A stretch of DNA of 64,000 nucleotides from Octopus sinensis (taxonomy: Eukaryota). Under the pieces are notes generated by a model that saw only the letters and a program-made list of their open reading frames with translations, searched no databases and was not told where the DNA came from. Every line of letters begins with the position of its first letter. Within the stretch, counting starts at the first letter, position 1. The translations under genes and the position numbers were made by a program. The stretch lies in NCBI RefSeq assembly GCF_006345805.1, contig NC_043001.1:17794001-17858000 (forward strand), given 5' to 3'. This document shows positions 52,321 through 63,299 of the stretch, piece after piece.

Positions 52321-52740
52321 GGATCTTTTCGGTTTGAACGGCAGTTTTTACCAATTTCTAAGTAACTAAAAAATGTTGAACTTCGTATACTGGTAGAATG
52401 TGTTTATAAAACATCTTTTTCTCTTGGCTTTATTGAGAAAATTCTATAGTTTGTAAGATATTTATGGTTCTTCTTCAATTTCTGCAATTTCAACCAATCA
52501 ATGACGTCTATTGAGGTGAAAACATTCTGTGCGTATGAATATGTCCCTCCTTTAGGAAACAGATTGGGTTTATTTACATTTCTGAAGAAAAAAAGATACC
52601 CTTCCCCCCACCCCTAACCCTAACTAACCGTAACCCTAAAACAGATTGAAATGCAATAGATCGATACTAGGGTCAGAATTATGGGTGACAATTTCATATG
52701 ACACCGCTAGAAAAAACTGCCGTTCAAACCGAAAGGATCC
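52321..52740. mobile_element. MITE (same family as 36822)
   Basis: Both TIRs present. Confidence 0.88.
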
Positions 52741-53301
52741 AATATATCAAAAAACCGATTGTTGCGTATTGAGGAATTAGCCCAGATGGTAATGAGCTAA
52801 CTCGGATTCTCCATTGAAGTTTCTTTTGTTTTTAATAACTTGTCTATTACATGATTTCATTTAGTTTTGATAGTCCGGCTTTGTTTTCAACTTCCCATAT
52901 GTATAACAAATGCCTGTAACCGCTGACATAACAATTACCGGGGTCGCCAACCGAAGAATAAGCTCAGATGATAGATCGCACGCTTTGCATGTGAGAGGTG
53001 TCGATATCAATTCCATGATTCTCCAATGGAGCTGCTTCGCTTTTACTACTTGACTATTACTTGGTATCTTTTTCAATTTCTTTTGAATTTCCGGGTCCGG
53101 GAAACCTATCTTTATTCAGCGTAGAATTAGCTCAGAATATAGGGCGCTCGCTTTGTATGCGGTATATTCCGGGATCAGCTCACGGACTCTCCAGTAATGC
53201 TACTTTTGTTTTCGAATCTTATCCCTTGTTTCATTTTATTTTTATTTACTTTTGAAATTCCCGAATTTATTTCAAAATTTTCATATACACAGAAAAGCCT
53301 G

Positions 53302-53718
53302 GTATCTCTTCAGTTTGAACGGCAGTTTTTTCTAGCAGTGTCATATGAAATTGTCACCCATAATTATGACCCTAGTATCGATCTATTGCATTTCAATCTG
53401 TTTTAGGGTTTGGGTTAGGGGTGGGGGAAGGGTATCTTTTTTACTTCACAAATGTAAATAAACCCAATCTGTTTCTTAAACGAGGGACATATTCATAAGG
53501 CACAGAATGTTGTTTACCTGAATAGACGTCAGTGATTGGCTGAAATTGCAGAAATTGAAGAAAAAAAACAACAAATATCTTACAAACTATAGAATTTTCT
53601 CAAAAAAGCCAAGAGAAAAAGATGTTTTATAAACACATTCTACCAGTATAGGAAGTTTAAAATTTTTTAGTTACCTACAAATTATGTTAAAAAACTGCCG
53701 TTCAAATCGAAAAGATCC
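53302..53718. mobile_element. MITE, opposite orientation; right end at an inversion breakpoint
   Basis: Both TIRs present (left one degenerate). Confidence 0.85.
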
Positions 53719-54025
53719 AGCGAGCGCCCTATATTCTGAGCTAATTCTACGCTGAGTAAACAGGTTTTGCTATGTATATGATTATTCTTTAAAAGCCCCG
53801 GAAATTCAAAAGAAATTGACAAAAATAACAAGTAATGGACAAGTATTAAATAGAAGGTGGCTCATTGCATTTATACCATTACGTCTCACATTGTAAAGTG
53901 AGCACTCGTCTGGTGACCGTTCACTGGTTTTTGTTATGCATATGAAAATTTTTTTAAATTTCCGAATTTCGAAATTCAATGAAAGATAGCAATTGACAAA
54001 TTATTAAAAACGAAAGCAGTTTCCT

Positions 54026-54098
54026 TGGAGAATCCGGGTATCGATCCCAGTACCTCTCGCATGCAAAGCGAGCGTTCTACCATCTGAGCTAATTCCTC
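54026..54098 (-). pseudogene. tRNA-Ala(TGC) probable pseudogene
   Basis: A2:C71 mismatch and broken D-stem (GAAC); paralog of intact 50876. Confidence 0.75.
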
Positions 54099-54531
54099 AG
54101 CTTGCTTCTGTAGACGTTTGTTATGCATATGAAAAGTTTAAAGCAAACCCAGAATATCGAAACTAAATCAAACAAAAGAATCTTCAGTGGAGAATCCAGG
54201 TATCGATCTCGCTACCATCTCGCATGCAAAGCGAGCGCTCTACCATCTGAGCTAACTCACCGGGGACACAGCTGAGATTTTTGTTATGTATATAATTTTT
54301 ATTTTTTAAATCTTACAATTTCAAATGTAAATGAAAATATAATGAATAGACAAGTTATGGGTCTTTTCCTGTGTACTACTAGCGAAGAGTGATCCCGATG
54401 CGCGCAAGCGCGTACTCGCGCAACCGTGCTAGCAAGTCATGACTAGTTTGTTTTTAATAACTCGTCTATTACTTCATTTCATTTAGTTTTCAACATTACA
54501 TATACAAAACAAACATCCAAACCAGTTGTCC

Positions 54532-54604
54532 GGGGAATTAGCTCAGATGGTAGAGCTCTCGCTTTGCATGCGAGCGGTACCGGGATCGATACCCGGATTC
54601 TCCA
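54532..54604 (+). tRNA. tRNA-Ala-TGC: tRNA-Ala(TGC) variant, G26T and A44C
   Basis: All four stems intact; changes only at the 26/44 hinge. Confidence 0.7.
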
Positions 54605-54686
54605 ACAAATCTTCTTATCGTTTTATTAATTTGTCTCTTACATGATATCATTTGCAATTTAATAAAATTCCGGGAATGTTATTAAA

Positions 54687-55009
54687 TTTTCTCTTGGCTT
54701 TCTTAAAAAACATCTATAGTTTGTAAGATATTTGGGTTTTTTTTCTGCAATTTCAACCAACCACTGACGTCTATTGAGGTAAAAAAAAAACATTCTGTGC
54801 CGTATGAATATGTCCCTCGTTTAAGAAACAGATTGAGTTTAATTACATTTGTGAAGAAAAAAAATATACCCTTCCCCCCACCCTAACCCTAACTAACCCT
54901 AACCCTAAAACAGATTGAAATGCAATAGATCGATACTAGGGTCAGAATTATGGGTGACAATTTCATATGACACCGCTAGAAAAAACTGCCGTTCAAACCG
55001 AAAGGATCC
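54687..55009. mobile_element. MITE, left end deleted
   Basis: Internal sequence plus right TIR. Confidence 0.8.
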
Positions 55010-55198
55010 AATATATTAAAAAAACCGATTGTTGCGTATTGAGGAATTAGCCCAGATGGTAATGAGCTTGCCCGGATTCTCCATTGAAGTTTCATTTGTT
55101 TTTAATAACTTGTCTCTTACATGATTTCATTTAGTTTTGATATTCCAGCTTTGTTTCCAACTTCTCATATGTATAACAAATGTCTGTAACCGCTGACC

Positions 55199-55271
55199 GG
55201 GGAATTAGCTCAGATGGTAGAGCGCTCGCTTCGCATGCGAGAGGTACCGGGATCGATACCCGGATTCTCCA
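55199..55271 (+). tRNA. tRNA-Ala-CGC: tRNA-Ala(CGC)
   Basis: Complete cloverleaf, loop TTCGCAT. Confidence 0.95.
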
Positions 55272-55550
55272 ACAAGTCTTCTCAACGTTTTGATAATTTT
55301 TCTGTTACATGATATTATTTGCACTTAGTTTTGAATTTCAGGGAATTTCACTAAATTTTCGTATATATCAAAAAACTAGTGGTTACGTAATTGGGAGTTA
55401 GCCCAGATGGCCAGAGAGCTTGCCTGGATTCTCCAATAATGCTACTTTTGTTTTTAATAACTTGTCTATTATTCGATTTCATTTAGTTTTGATATTCCTA
55501 CTTTGTTTTCAACTTTTCATATGCATAACAAATGCTCGTAACTGTTGGCT

Positions 55551-55623
55551 GGGGAATTAGCTCAGGTGGTAGAGCGCTCGCTTAGCATGCGAGATGTACC
55601 GGGATCGATGCCCGGATTCTCCA
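55551..55623 (+). tRNA. tRNA-Ala-AGC: tRNA-Ala(AGC), variable loop ATGTA
   Basis: Stems intact; T-loop ATCGATG. Confidence 0.88.
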
Positions 55624-56093
55624 ATGAAGCTACTTCTTACTTTTAAAAGTTTGTCTATTGCTTGATTTCGTTATCACTTAGTTTTGAAATTCTTGGATTT
55701 TTTTTTAATTGTCATATACATAACAATAACCGGGGTCGCCAACCGAGGAATTAGCTCAGATGATAGAACGCACGTTTTGCATGTGAGAGGTGTCGATATC
55801 AATTCCATGATTCTCCAATGGAGCTGCTTCGCTTTTACTACTTGACTATTACTAGGTATCTTTATCAATCTCTTTTGAATTTCCGGGTCCGGGAAACCTA
55901 TGTTTATTCAGCGTAGAATTCGCTCAGAATATAGGGCGCTCGCTTTGTATGCGGTATATTCCGGGATCAGTCCACGGATTCTCCAGTAATGCTATTTTTG
56001 TTTTCGTATCTTATCCCTTGTTTCATTTTATTTTTATTTACTTTTGAATTTCCCGAATTTATTTTAAAATTTTCATATACATAAAAAAACCTG

Positions 56094-56517
56094 GGATCTT
56101 TTCGGTTTGCACGGCAGTTTTTTCTAGCAGTGTCATATGAAATTGTCACCCATAATTATAACCCTAGTATCCATCTATTGCATTTCAATCTGTTTTAGGG
56201 TTAGGGTTAGGGTTAGGGGTGTCGGAAGGGTATCTTTTTTACTTCACAAATGTAAATAAACACAATCTGTTTCTTAAACGAGGGACATATTCATACGGCA
56301 CAGAATGTTGTTTACCTGAATAGACGTCAGTGATTGGTCGAAATTGCAGAAATTGAAGAAAAAAAAACAACAAATATCTTACAAACCACAGAATTTTCTC
56401 AATAAAGTCAAGAGAAAAAGATGTTTTATAAACACATTCTACCAGTATACGAAGTTTTAAAGTGTTTAGTTACGTGGAAATTATTTCAAAAAACTGCCGT
56501 TCAAACCGAAAAGATCC
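56094..56517. mobile_element. MITE with 8-bp target-site duplication AAAACCTG
   Basis: TSD at 56086-56093 and 56518-56525; empty-site paralog near 57700. Confidence 0.92.
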
Positions 56518-56931
56518 AAAACCTGTGTGAGAAATAGTTGAGAGGGTAGAGCGCTCATTTTGCGTGCGAGAGGTACCGGGATCGATTCCCGGATTTTTCT
56601 GGAAAGCTATTTTAATAACCTTTGTTTTATTTCATTTCATTTACTTTTGAAACTTCTGGGGTTTTTTTCATTTTCATATACATAACAAAAGCTGTGGTTA
56701 CTAACCTGGGAACTGGCTCTGTTGGTAGATCGCAAGTTTTCTTATCGTTTTATTTATTTGTCTCTTACATGATATCATTTGCAATTTAATAAAATTCCGG
56801 GAATTTTATTAAATTTTCGTAAATATATAAAAAAAACCGATGGTTACGTAATGGGGAATTAGCCCAGATGGCAGAGGGCATGCTCGGTTCCAACTTCTCA
56901 TATGTATAACAAATGCCTGTAATCGTCGACC

Positions 56932-57004
56932 GGGGAATTAGCTCAGGTGGTAGAGCGCTCGCTTCGCATGCGAGAGGTACCGGGATCGATACCCGGATTC
57001 TCCA
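56932..57004 (+). tRNA. tRNA-Ala-CGC: tRNA-Ala(CGC)
   Basis: Complete cloverleaf. Confidence 0.95.
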
Positions 57005-58218
57005 ACAAGTCTTCTTATCGTTTTGATAATTTTTCTGTTACATGATATTATTTGCACTTAGTTTTGAATTTCAGGGAATTTCACTAAATTCTCGTATATA
57101 TCAAAAAACTAGTGGTTACGTGATTGGGAGTTAGCCCAGATTGCAGAGAGCTTGCCCGGGTTCTCCAATAATACTACCTTTGTTTTTAATAACTTGTCTA
57201 TTATTTGATTTCATTTAGTTTTGATATTCCTACTTTGTTTTCAACTTTTCATATGCATAACAAATGCCCGTTATTGATGGCTGGGGAATTCACTTGGTTT
57301 TGAAATTCTGGGATTTTTTTTTTTAATTGTCATATACATAACAATAACCGGGGTCGCCAACCGAAGAATTAGCTCAGATGATAGATCGCACGCTTTGCAT
57401 GTGAGAGGTGTCGATATCAATTCCATGATTCTCCAATGGAGCTGCTTCGCTTTTACTACTTGTCTTTTACATGGTATCTTTTTCAATCTCTTTTGAATTC
57501 CCGGGTCCGGGAAACCCATGTTTATTCAGCGTAGAATTAGCTCAGAATATAGGGCGCTCGCTTTGTATGCGGTATATTCCGGATCAGCCCACGGGTTCTC
57601 CAGTAATGCTACTTTTGTTTTGATATCTTGTCTCTTTTTTCACTTCATTTTCATTTACTTTTGAAATTCTCGAATTTATTTTAAAATTTTCATATACATA
57701 AAAAAAAAACTTGTGTGAGAAATAGTTGAGAGGGTAGACCGCTCGTTTTGCGTGCGAGAGGTACTGGGATCGATTCCCGAATTCTTCTGGAAAGCTACGT
57801 TTCATTTTAATAACTTTTGTTTTATTTCATTTCATTTACTTTTAAAACTTCCGGGGTTTTTTTTTTTCATTTTCATATACATAACAAAAGCTCTGGGGAC
57901 TAACCTGGGAACTGGCTCTCTTGCTAGATAGCTTTGCAAGTGTGAGATACTTTGGATCGATTTCCGGATTCTTCTGTGAAACTAATTTCGCTGATTTCAT
58001 TTTCATATGCTTTTTAAATTCTACGATTTCCTTCCATATGCATAACAAACATCCACGGTCCCTAAGAGGGAGTTTTGCATGCGAGAGCCACCGGGATCGA
58101 TGTCCGCATTCTCCAATTATGTTTTGTTTGTTTTTAGTAACTTCTCTATTACTTGATTTCATTTAGTTTTGATAGTCCGGCTTTACATATACAAAACAAA
58201 CGTCCGAAGTAATTGTCC

Positions 58219-58291
58219 GGGGAATTAGCTCAGATGGTAGAGCGCTCGCTTTGCATGCGAGAGGTACCGGGATCGATACCCGGATTCTCCA
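58219..58291 (+). tRNA. tRNA-Ala-TGC: tRNA-Ala(TGC)
   Basis: Complete cloverleaf. Confidence 0.95.
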
Positions 58292-58340
58292 CAACTTTTC
58301 TTATCGTTTTAATAATTTATCCGTTATCATTTGCACTTGG

Positions 58341-58759
58341 GGCTCTTTTCGATTTGATCGGCAGTTTTTAACAATTTCTAAGTAACTAAAAAATGTTAAA
58401 CTTCGTATACTGGTAGAATGTGTTTATAAAACATCTTTTTCTCTTGGCTTTATTGAGAAAATTCTATAGTTTGTAAGATATTTGTTGTTCTTCAATTTCT
58501 GCAATTTCAACCAATCAATGACCTCTATTGAGGTGAAAACATTCTGTGCCGTATGAATATGTCCATCGTTTAGGAAACAGATTGGGTTTATTTACATTTG
58601 TGAAGAAAAAAAAGATACCCTTCCCCCCACCCCTAACCCTAACTAACCCTAACCCTAAAACAAATTGAAATGCAATAGATCGATACTAGGGTCATAATTA
58701 TGGGGGACAATTTCATATGACACCGCTAGAAAAAACTGCCGTTCAAACCGAAAAGATCC
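58341..58759. mobile_element. MITE, same insertion junctions as 52321
   Basis: Both TIRs; flanks cacttgg and aatatatc. Confidence 0.88.
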
Positions 58760-58947
58760 AATATATCAAAAACCCGATGGCCACGTGATGAGGAATTAGC
58801 CCAGATGGTAATGAGCTTGCTCGGATTCTCCATTGAAGTTTCTTTTGTTTCTAATAACTTGTCTCTTACATGATTTCATTTAGTTTTGATATTCCAGCTT
58901 TGTTTTCAACTTCTCATATGTATAACAAATGACGGTAACTGCTGACC

Positions 58948-59020
58948 GGGGAATTAGCTCAGGTGGTAGAGCGCTCGCTTTGCATGCGAGAGGTACCGGG
59001 ATCGATACCCGGATTCTCCA
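58948..59020 (+). tRNA. tRNA-Ala-TGC: tRNA-Ala(TGC)
   Basis: Complete cloverleaf. Confidence 0.95.
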
Positions 59021-59860
59021 ACAAATCTTATAGTTTTGATAATTTGTCTGTTAACGATATCATTTGCACTTAGTTTTGAAATTCTGGGATTTTTTGTTTA
59101 ATTGTCATATACATAACAATAACCGGGGTCGCCAACCGAGGAATTAGCTCAGATGATAGATCGCACGTTTTGCATGTGAGAGGTGTCGATATCAATTCCA
59201 TGATTCTCCAATGGAACTGCTTCGCTTTTAATACTTGTCTGTTACCTGGTATCCTTTTCAATTTCTTTCGAACTTCCAGGGCATTTAAAAAAATATTCAT
59301 ATACATAGCAAAACCTATGTTTATTCAGCATGGAATTAGCTCAGGATATAGTGCACTCGCTTTACATGCGATATGTACTGGGATCAATCCACAGATTCTC
59401 CAGTAATACTACTTTTGTTTCCATATCTTGTCTCTTGTTTCATTTCATTTTCATTTACTTTCGAAATTCCCGAATTTAAAAAAAAATTTCGTATACATAA
59501 AACACACCAATGTTTGTTAACCGGGGAAATAGCGGAAAGGGTAGAATGCTCGCTTTACATATGGGAGGTAGCCGTAGCGATTCCTGGATTCTTCACGCGG
59601 TGTTTCATTTTAATAACCTGTCTTTTATTTCATCGCATTTAATTTTGAAATTCCGGTTGTTTGTTTCTTTTCTAAATTTTCATTTACATAACAAAAATGC
59701 GGTCACTAACTGTGTAGTTGGCTCTGGTACACCAAAAGTATTTGCATGTGAGACGCACCGAGAACGGTGTCCGGATTCTCCCGTGAAACTAATTTCGTTT
59801 TCAATAAATTGTCTATTATGTGAGTTCATTTTCATTTGCTTTTAAATACCACGATTTTTC

Positions 59861-60290
59861 GGGAGGGGCGGTGGACCGGAGCGTAGGGAGGACCTCACGG
59901 ACTTCCACGTCGGTTCTCCGCGACTCTCGGGGCGGAAGCGGAATGCTGTGAAGGGCCGATCACAGCCATTGACGTGGAGGAGGCATTGTCGGACAACGGC
60001 GAGGACAAGTCGCCGGGACAAGATGGTCTTCCATACAAACTGTATTATAGCATGCTAGACTTGTTTGGACACCTACTTGCATGCGTCTATAACAACTGGC
60101 AGTAGAAGTGGGGTATTCCCAAGTCTGTGAGCCGGTGACGCTGCTACGAAAGGCCCCAAACAAGGGGGACGTAATTGATAATTTTAGGCCCATCACTCTG
60201 CGTAACACAGAAGATTTTGGCCAAGGTATTAACAAAAAGGTTGGCGCAGGTCATGGATAGTCTTGTTGGGGAGGCCCAAACATACATCAT
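59861..60290 (+). mobile_element. L1/Tx1-like LINE internal fragment (RT N-terminal region)
   Basis: GPITAIDVEEAL...DKSPGQDGLPY...NFRPITLRNT...ILAKVLTKRLAQVMDSLVGEAQT with a stop and frameshifts. Confidence 0.85.
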
Positions 60291-60924
60291 GATTCTATTT
60301 TCCACGATTTTCTAAAAAATTATTATATATATATAACAAATATTTCTGGGGTCTTACCGTGGAATTAGCGTAGTGGGTAGAGCGCTCGCCTGACATGCTA
60401 AAAGTATCGGGAATCGATGTCTTTATTCTCCAACACGCTAATTTTGTTTTCGATATCTCGTCAGTTTTTTTTTTTTATTTTGGCTTTTAAAATTCTGGGT
60501 TTTGTAAAATTTTCGTACGCAAAATAAAAACTATGATCCATAATCGGGGAATTAACTCAGATAGTAGAACGCTCGCTTTGCATATGAGAGGTACTAGGAT
60601 CAATTCCCAGAATCTCCAATAAAACTACTTTCGTATTTGATATCTTGTCTATCACTTGATTTCCTTTTCATTTAATTTTGCAATTTTTTTTTTTTAATTT
60701 CCATATACATGACAAAAGGTTGCGTCCACTGAACGAGGAATAGGCTCAGATGGTTGACTGCTCACTTTGACTGCGAGAGGTACCGGAATCGATACCTGGA
60801 TTCTCCATTGAAACTACTTTTAGTTTTGATATCTTCTTTATTACTTCATTTCATTTACATTTCAAATTCAGCGAATTTTTTAAAAAATTATTATATACCC
60901 AACAAACATGATTCCTAGTTAACG

Positions 60925-60997
60925 GGGGAATTAGCTCAGTCGGTAGAGTGCTCGCTTTGCATGCGAGAGGTACCGGGATCGATACCCGGATTCTCCA
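60925..60997 (+). tRNA. tRNA-Ala-TGC: tRNA-Ala(TGC), G10:U25 wobble
   Basis: Complete cloverleaf with C25T. Confidence 0.85.
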
Positions 60998-62322
60998 ATA
61001 ATGTAAACTCTTGTTTTTGATATCCCGCCTATTACTTGATATCATTTGCATTTGAAATTACGTGTTTTGTGAAATTTTCATATTCATAACAAAAACGTTT
61101 GATCCATAACCTGGAAATTAACACGCTTTGCATGCAAGATGTCCTGGGATCGATTCCCAGATTCCCAAATAAAGCTACTTCTGTTTTTAATATCATGCCT
61201 ATCACTTTCATTTACTTTCGCAATTCCGGTTTTCTTTTTCTATATCTTGATATACATGACAAATAGTTGCGTGCACTAGACCTAGATGACTCATATGGTA
61301 GATTGCTCGCTCTGACTGCGACAGGTACTGGAAATAATGCCCGGATTCTCTAATGAAACTACTTTTCGTTTTGATATTTTGTGTATTACGTGATTTCATT
61401 TTCATTTACTATTGGAATTCCGGGGTTTTTTAAAATTTACATATACGTAAGAAAAAACCAATCATCTCTAACCGGGGAATTATCTCAGCTGGTAGAGCGC
61501 TCTCTTTGTATGTGAAAGATACCAGAAAGGACCTATGGATTCACCAGTGATACTAATTTTACTTTTAATAATTTGTCTATTGCTTGAATTCATTTTCATT
61601 TACTTTTGAAATTCCGCCATTTTTTAAATATATAATGACAAACACGCATCGATGCTGACCAGGTAATTAGCGCATAGGGTAAAGCACTCACTTTGCATGC
61701 GAGTGGCCCGGGAATCGATATCCGGATTTTCCAATGAAGCTGCCTTTATTTCGAATAAGTTATGTAATACTTAATTTTATTTTTCTTTACTTCTGAAATT
61801 CCAGGATTTTTTCTTAATTTTTTTTCCTAAATGTTCGCTTTTTTTTTCTAATAAGTTGTCTAAAACTTTTTTACATTTTTCTTTTCTTTTGAAATTCTGG
61901 GTCTTTTCAAATTTTCAAATACATAAAAACAACAACACAACGCTAGTCCCTCACCGCGGAATTGGATCAGAGCGTAGAGCATTCGCTTTGCGTGCAAGAT
62001 GTGCCAGGAATCGATACCAGAATTCTCCAAAACTACTAATTATGTTTTTGATAGATCGTCTATTGCTTAATCTCATTTGAAATTCCGGGCTTTGGAAAAT
62101 TTTCATATACATAACAGAAACGCTTGATCTCTAACTGGGAAATTAACTCAAATAGTAGAACGCTCGCTTTGCATGCGAGAGCTACTGGGATCGATTCCCG
62201 GGTTCTCCAATAAAGCTATTTTCGTTTTTGATATCTTGTCTATTACTTGATTTCATCTTCATTTACATTTCAAATTCCGCAATTTTTTATAAATTATCAT
62301 ATACACAACAAACATGTTAAGT

Positions 62323-62395
62323 GGGGAATTAGCTCAGATGGTAGAGCGCTCGCTTTGCATGCGAGAGGTACCGGGATCGATACCCGGATTCTCCA
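62323..62395 (+). tRNA. tRNA-Ala-TGC: tRNA-Ala(TGC)
   Basis: Complete cloverleaf. Confidence 0.95.
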
Positions 62396-63299
62396 TTGAA
62401 GAGATTTTTGCTTTTATAAGTTGTCTATTACATTTTCCTTTACTTTTGAAATTCCGGGTTTTTGTTGTTTTTTTTCATTTTCATATACATAAAAAAATGC
62501 TGCAGTCTCTTACCGCGGAATTAGGTCAGAGAGTAGAGCGCTCGCTTTGCATGTGTGGAGTCCTACCAATCGATTCCAGGATTCTCTAATAATGTCAATT
62601 TTGTTTTTGATAACTCGTCTATTACTTGATATCATTTGCATTTGAAATTTCTGATTTCGTAAAATTTTCAAATACTTAACAAAAAACGGGGAATTAAATC
62701 AGATAGTAGAACGCTCGCTTTGCATGCGAGAGATACTGTGATCGATTCCCGGAATCTCCAATAAAGCTACTTTTGTTTTTAATATCTTGTCTATCACTTG
62801 ATTTCATTTTCATTTACTTTTCAAATTCAGATTTTTTTAATTTAATTTTCATATACATGACTAAATTTTGTGTGCACCAAAAGGGGTAGATCGATCGCTT
62901 TGATATCAACAGGTACCAGGATTGATGCCCCGTTTCTTCAATACAGCTAATTTTCATTTTAATATCTTGTCTATTAATAAGATTTCATTTTCATTTACAG
63001 TTGAAATTCCGAGGTTTTTTTTTTAAATTTCTACATACATAACAAAAACAAATATTCACTCACAGGGGAATTACATCAGAGGGTAGAGCGATCGATGCAT
63101 GGATTCTGGGATCGATGCATGGTCCTGGGATCGATGCATGGATTCTCCGATGAAGCTAATTTTTTTTCTGATCTCATTTATTACTTAATTTCATTTTCAT
63201 TTACTTTTGAAATTCCGCGTTGTCTGAAATTTTTCATATACATAACGAAAACTTATGGTCATTAACCGGGGAATTAGCCCAGGTGATAGAACGCTCGCC

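Noticed and set aside
56195-56220. Interstitial telomere (TTAGGG)n
   Set aside because: Only 3-4 units, and part of the MITE consensus
60359-60432. tRNA-Val(GAC) from loop CTGACAT
   Set aside because: Heavily mutated Ala monomer with broken stems
38484-62589. Many 60-125 aa ORFs in the array (for example ...ELAQMVERSLCMREVPGSIPGFS...)
   Set aside because: Chance translations of tRNA-Ala monomers
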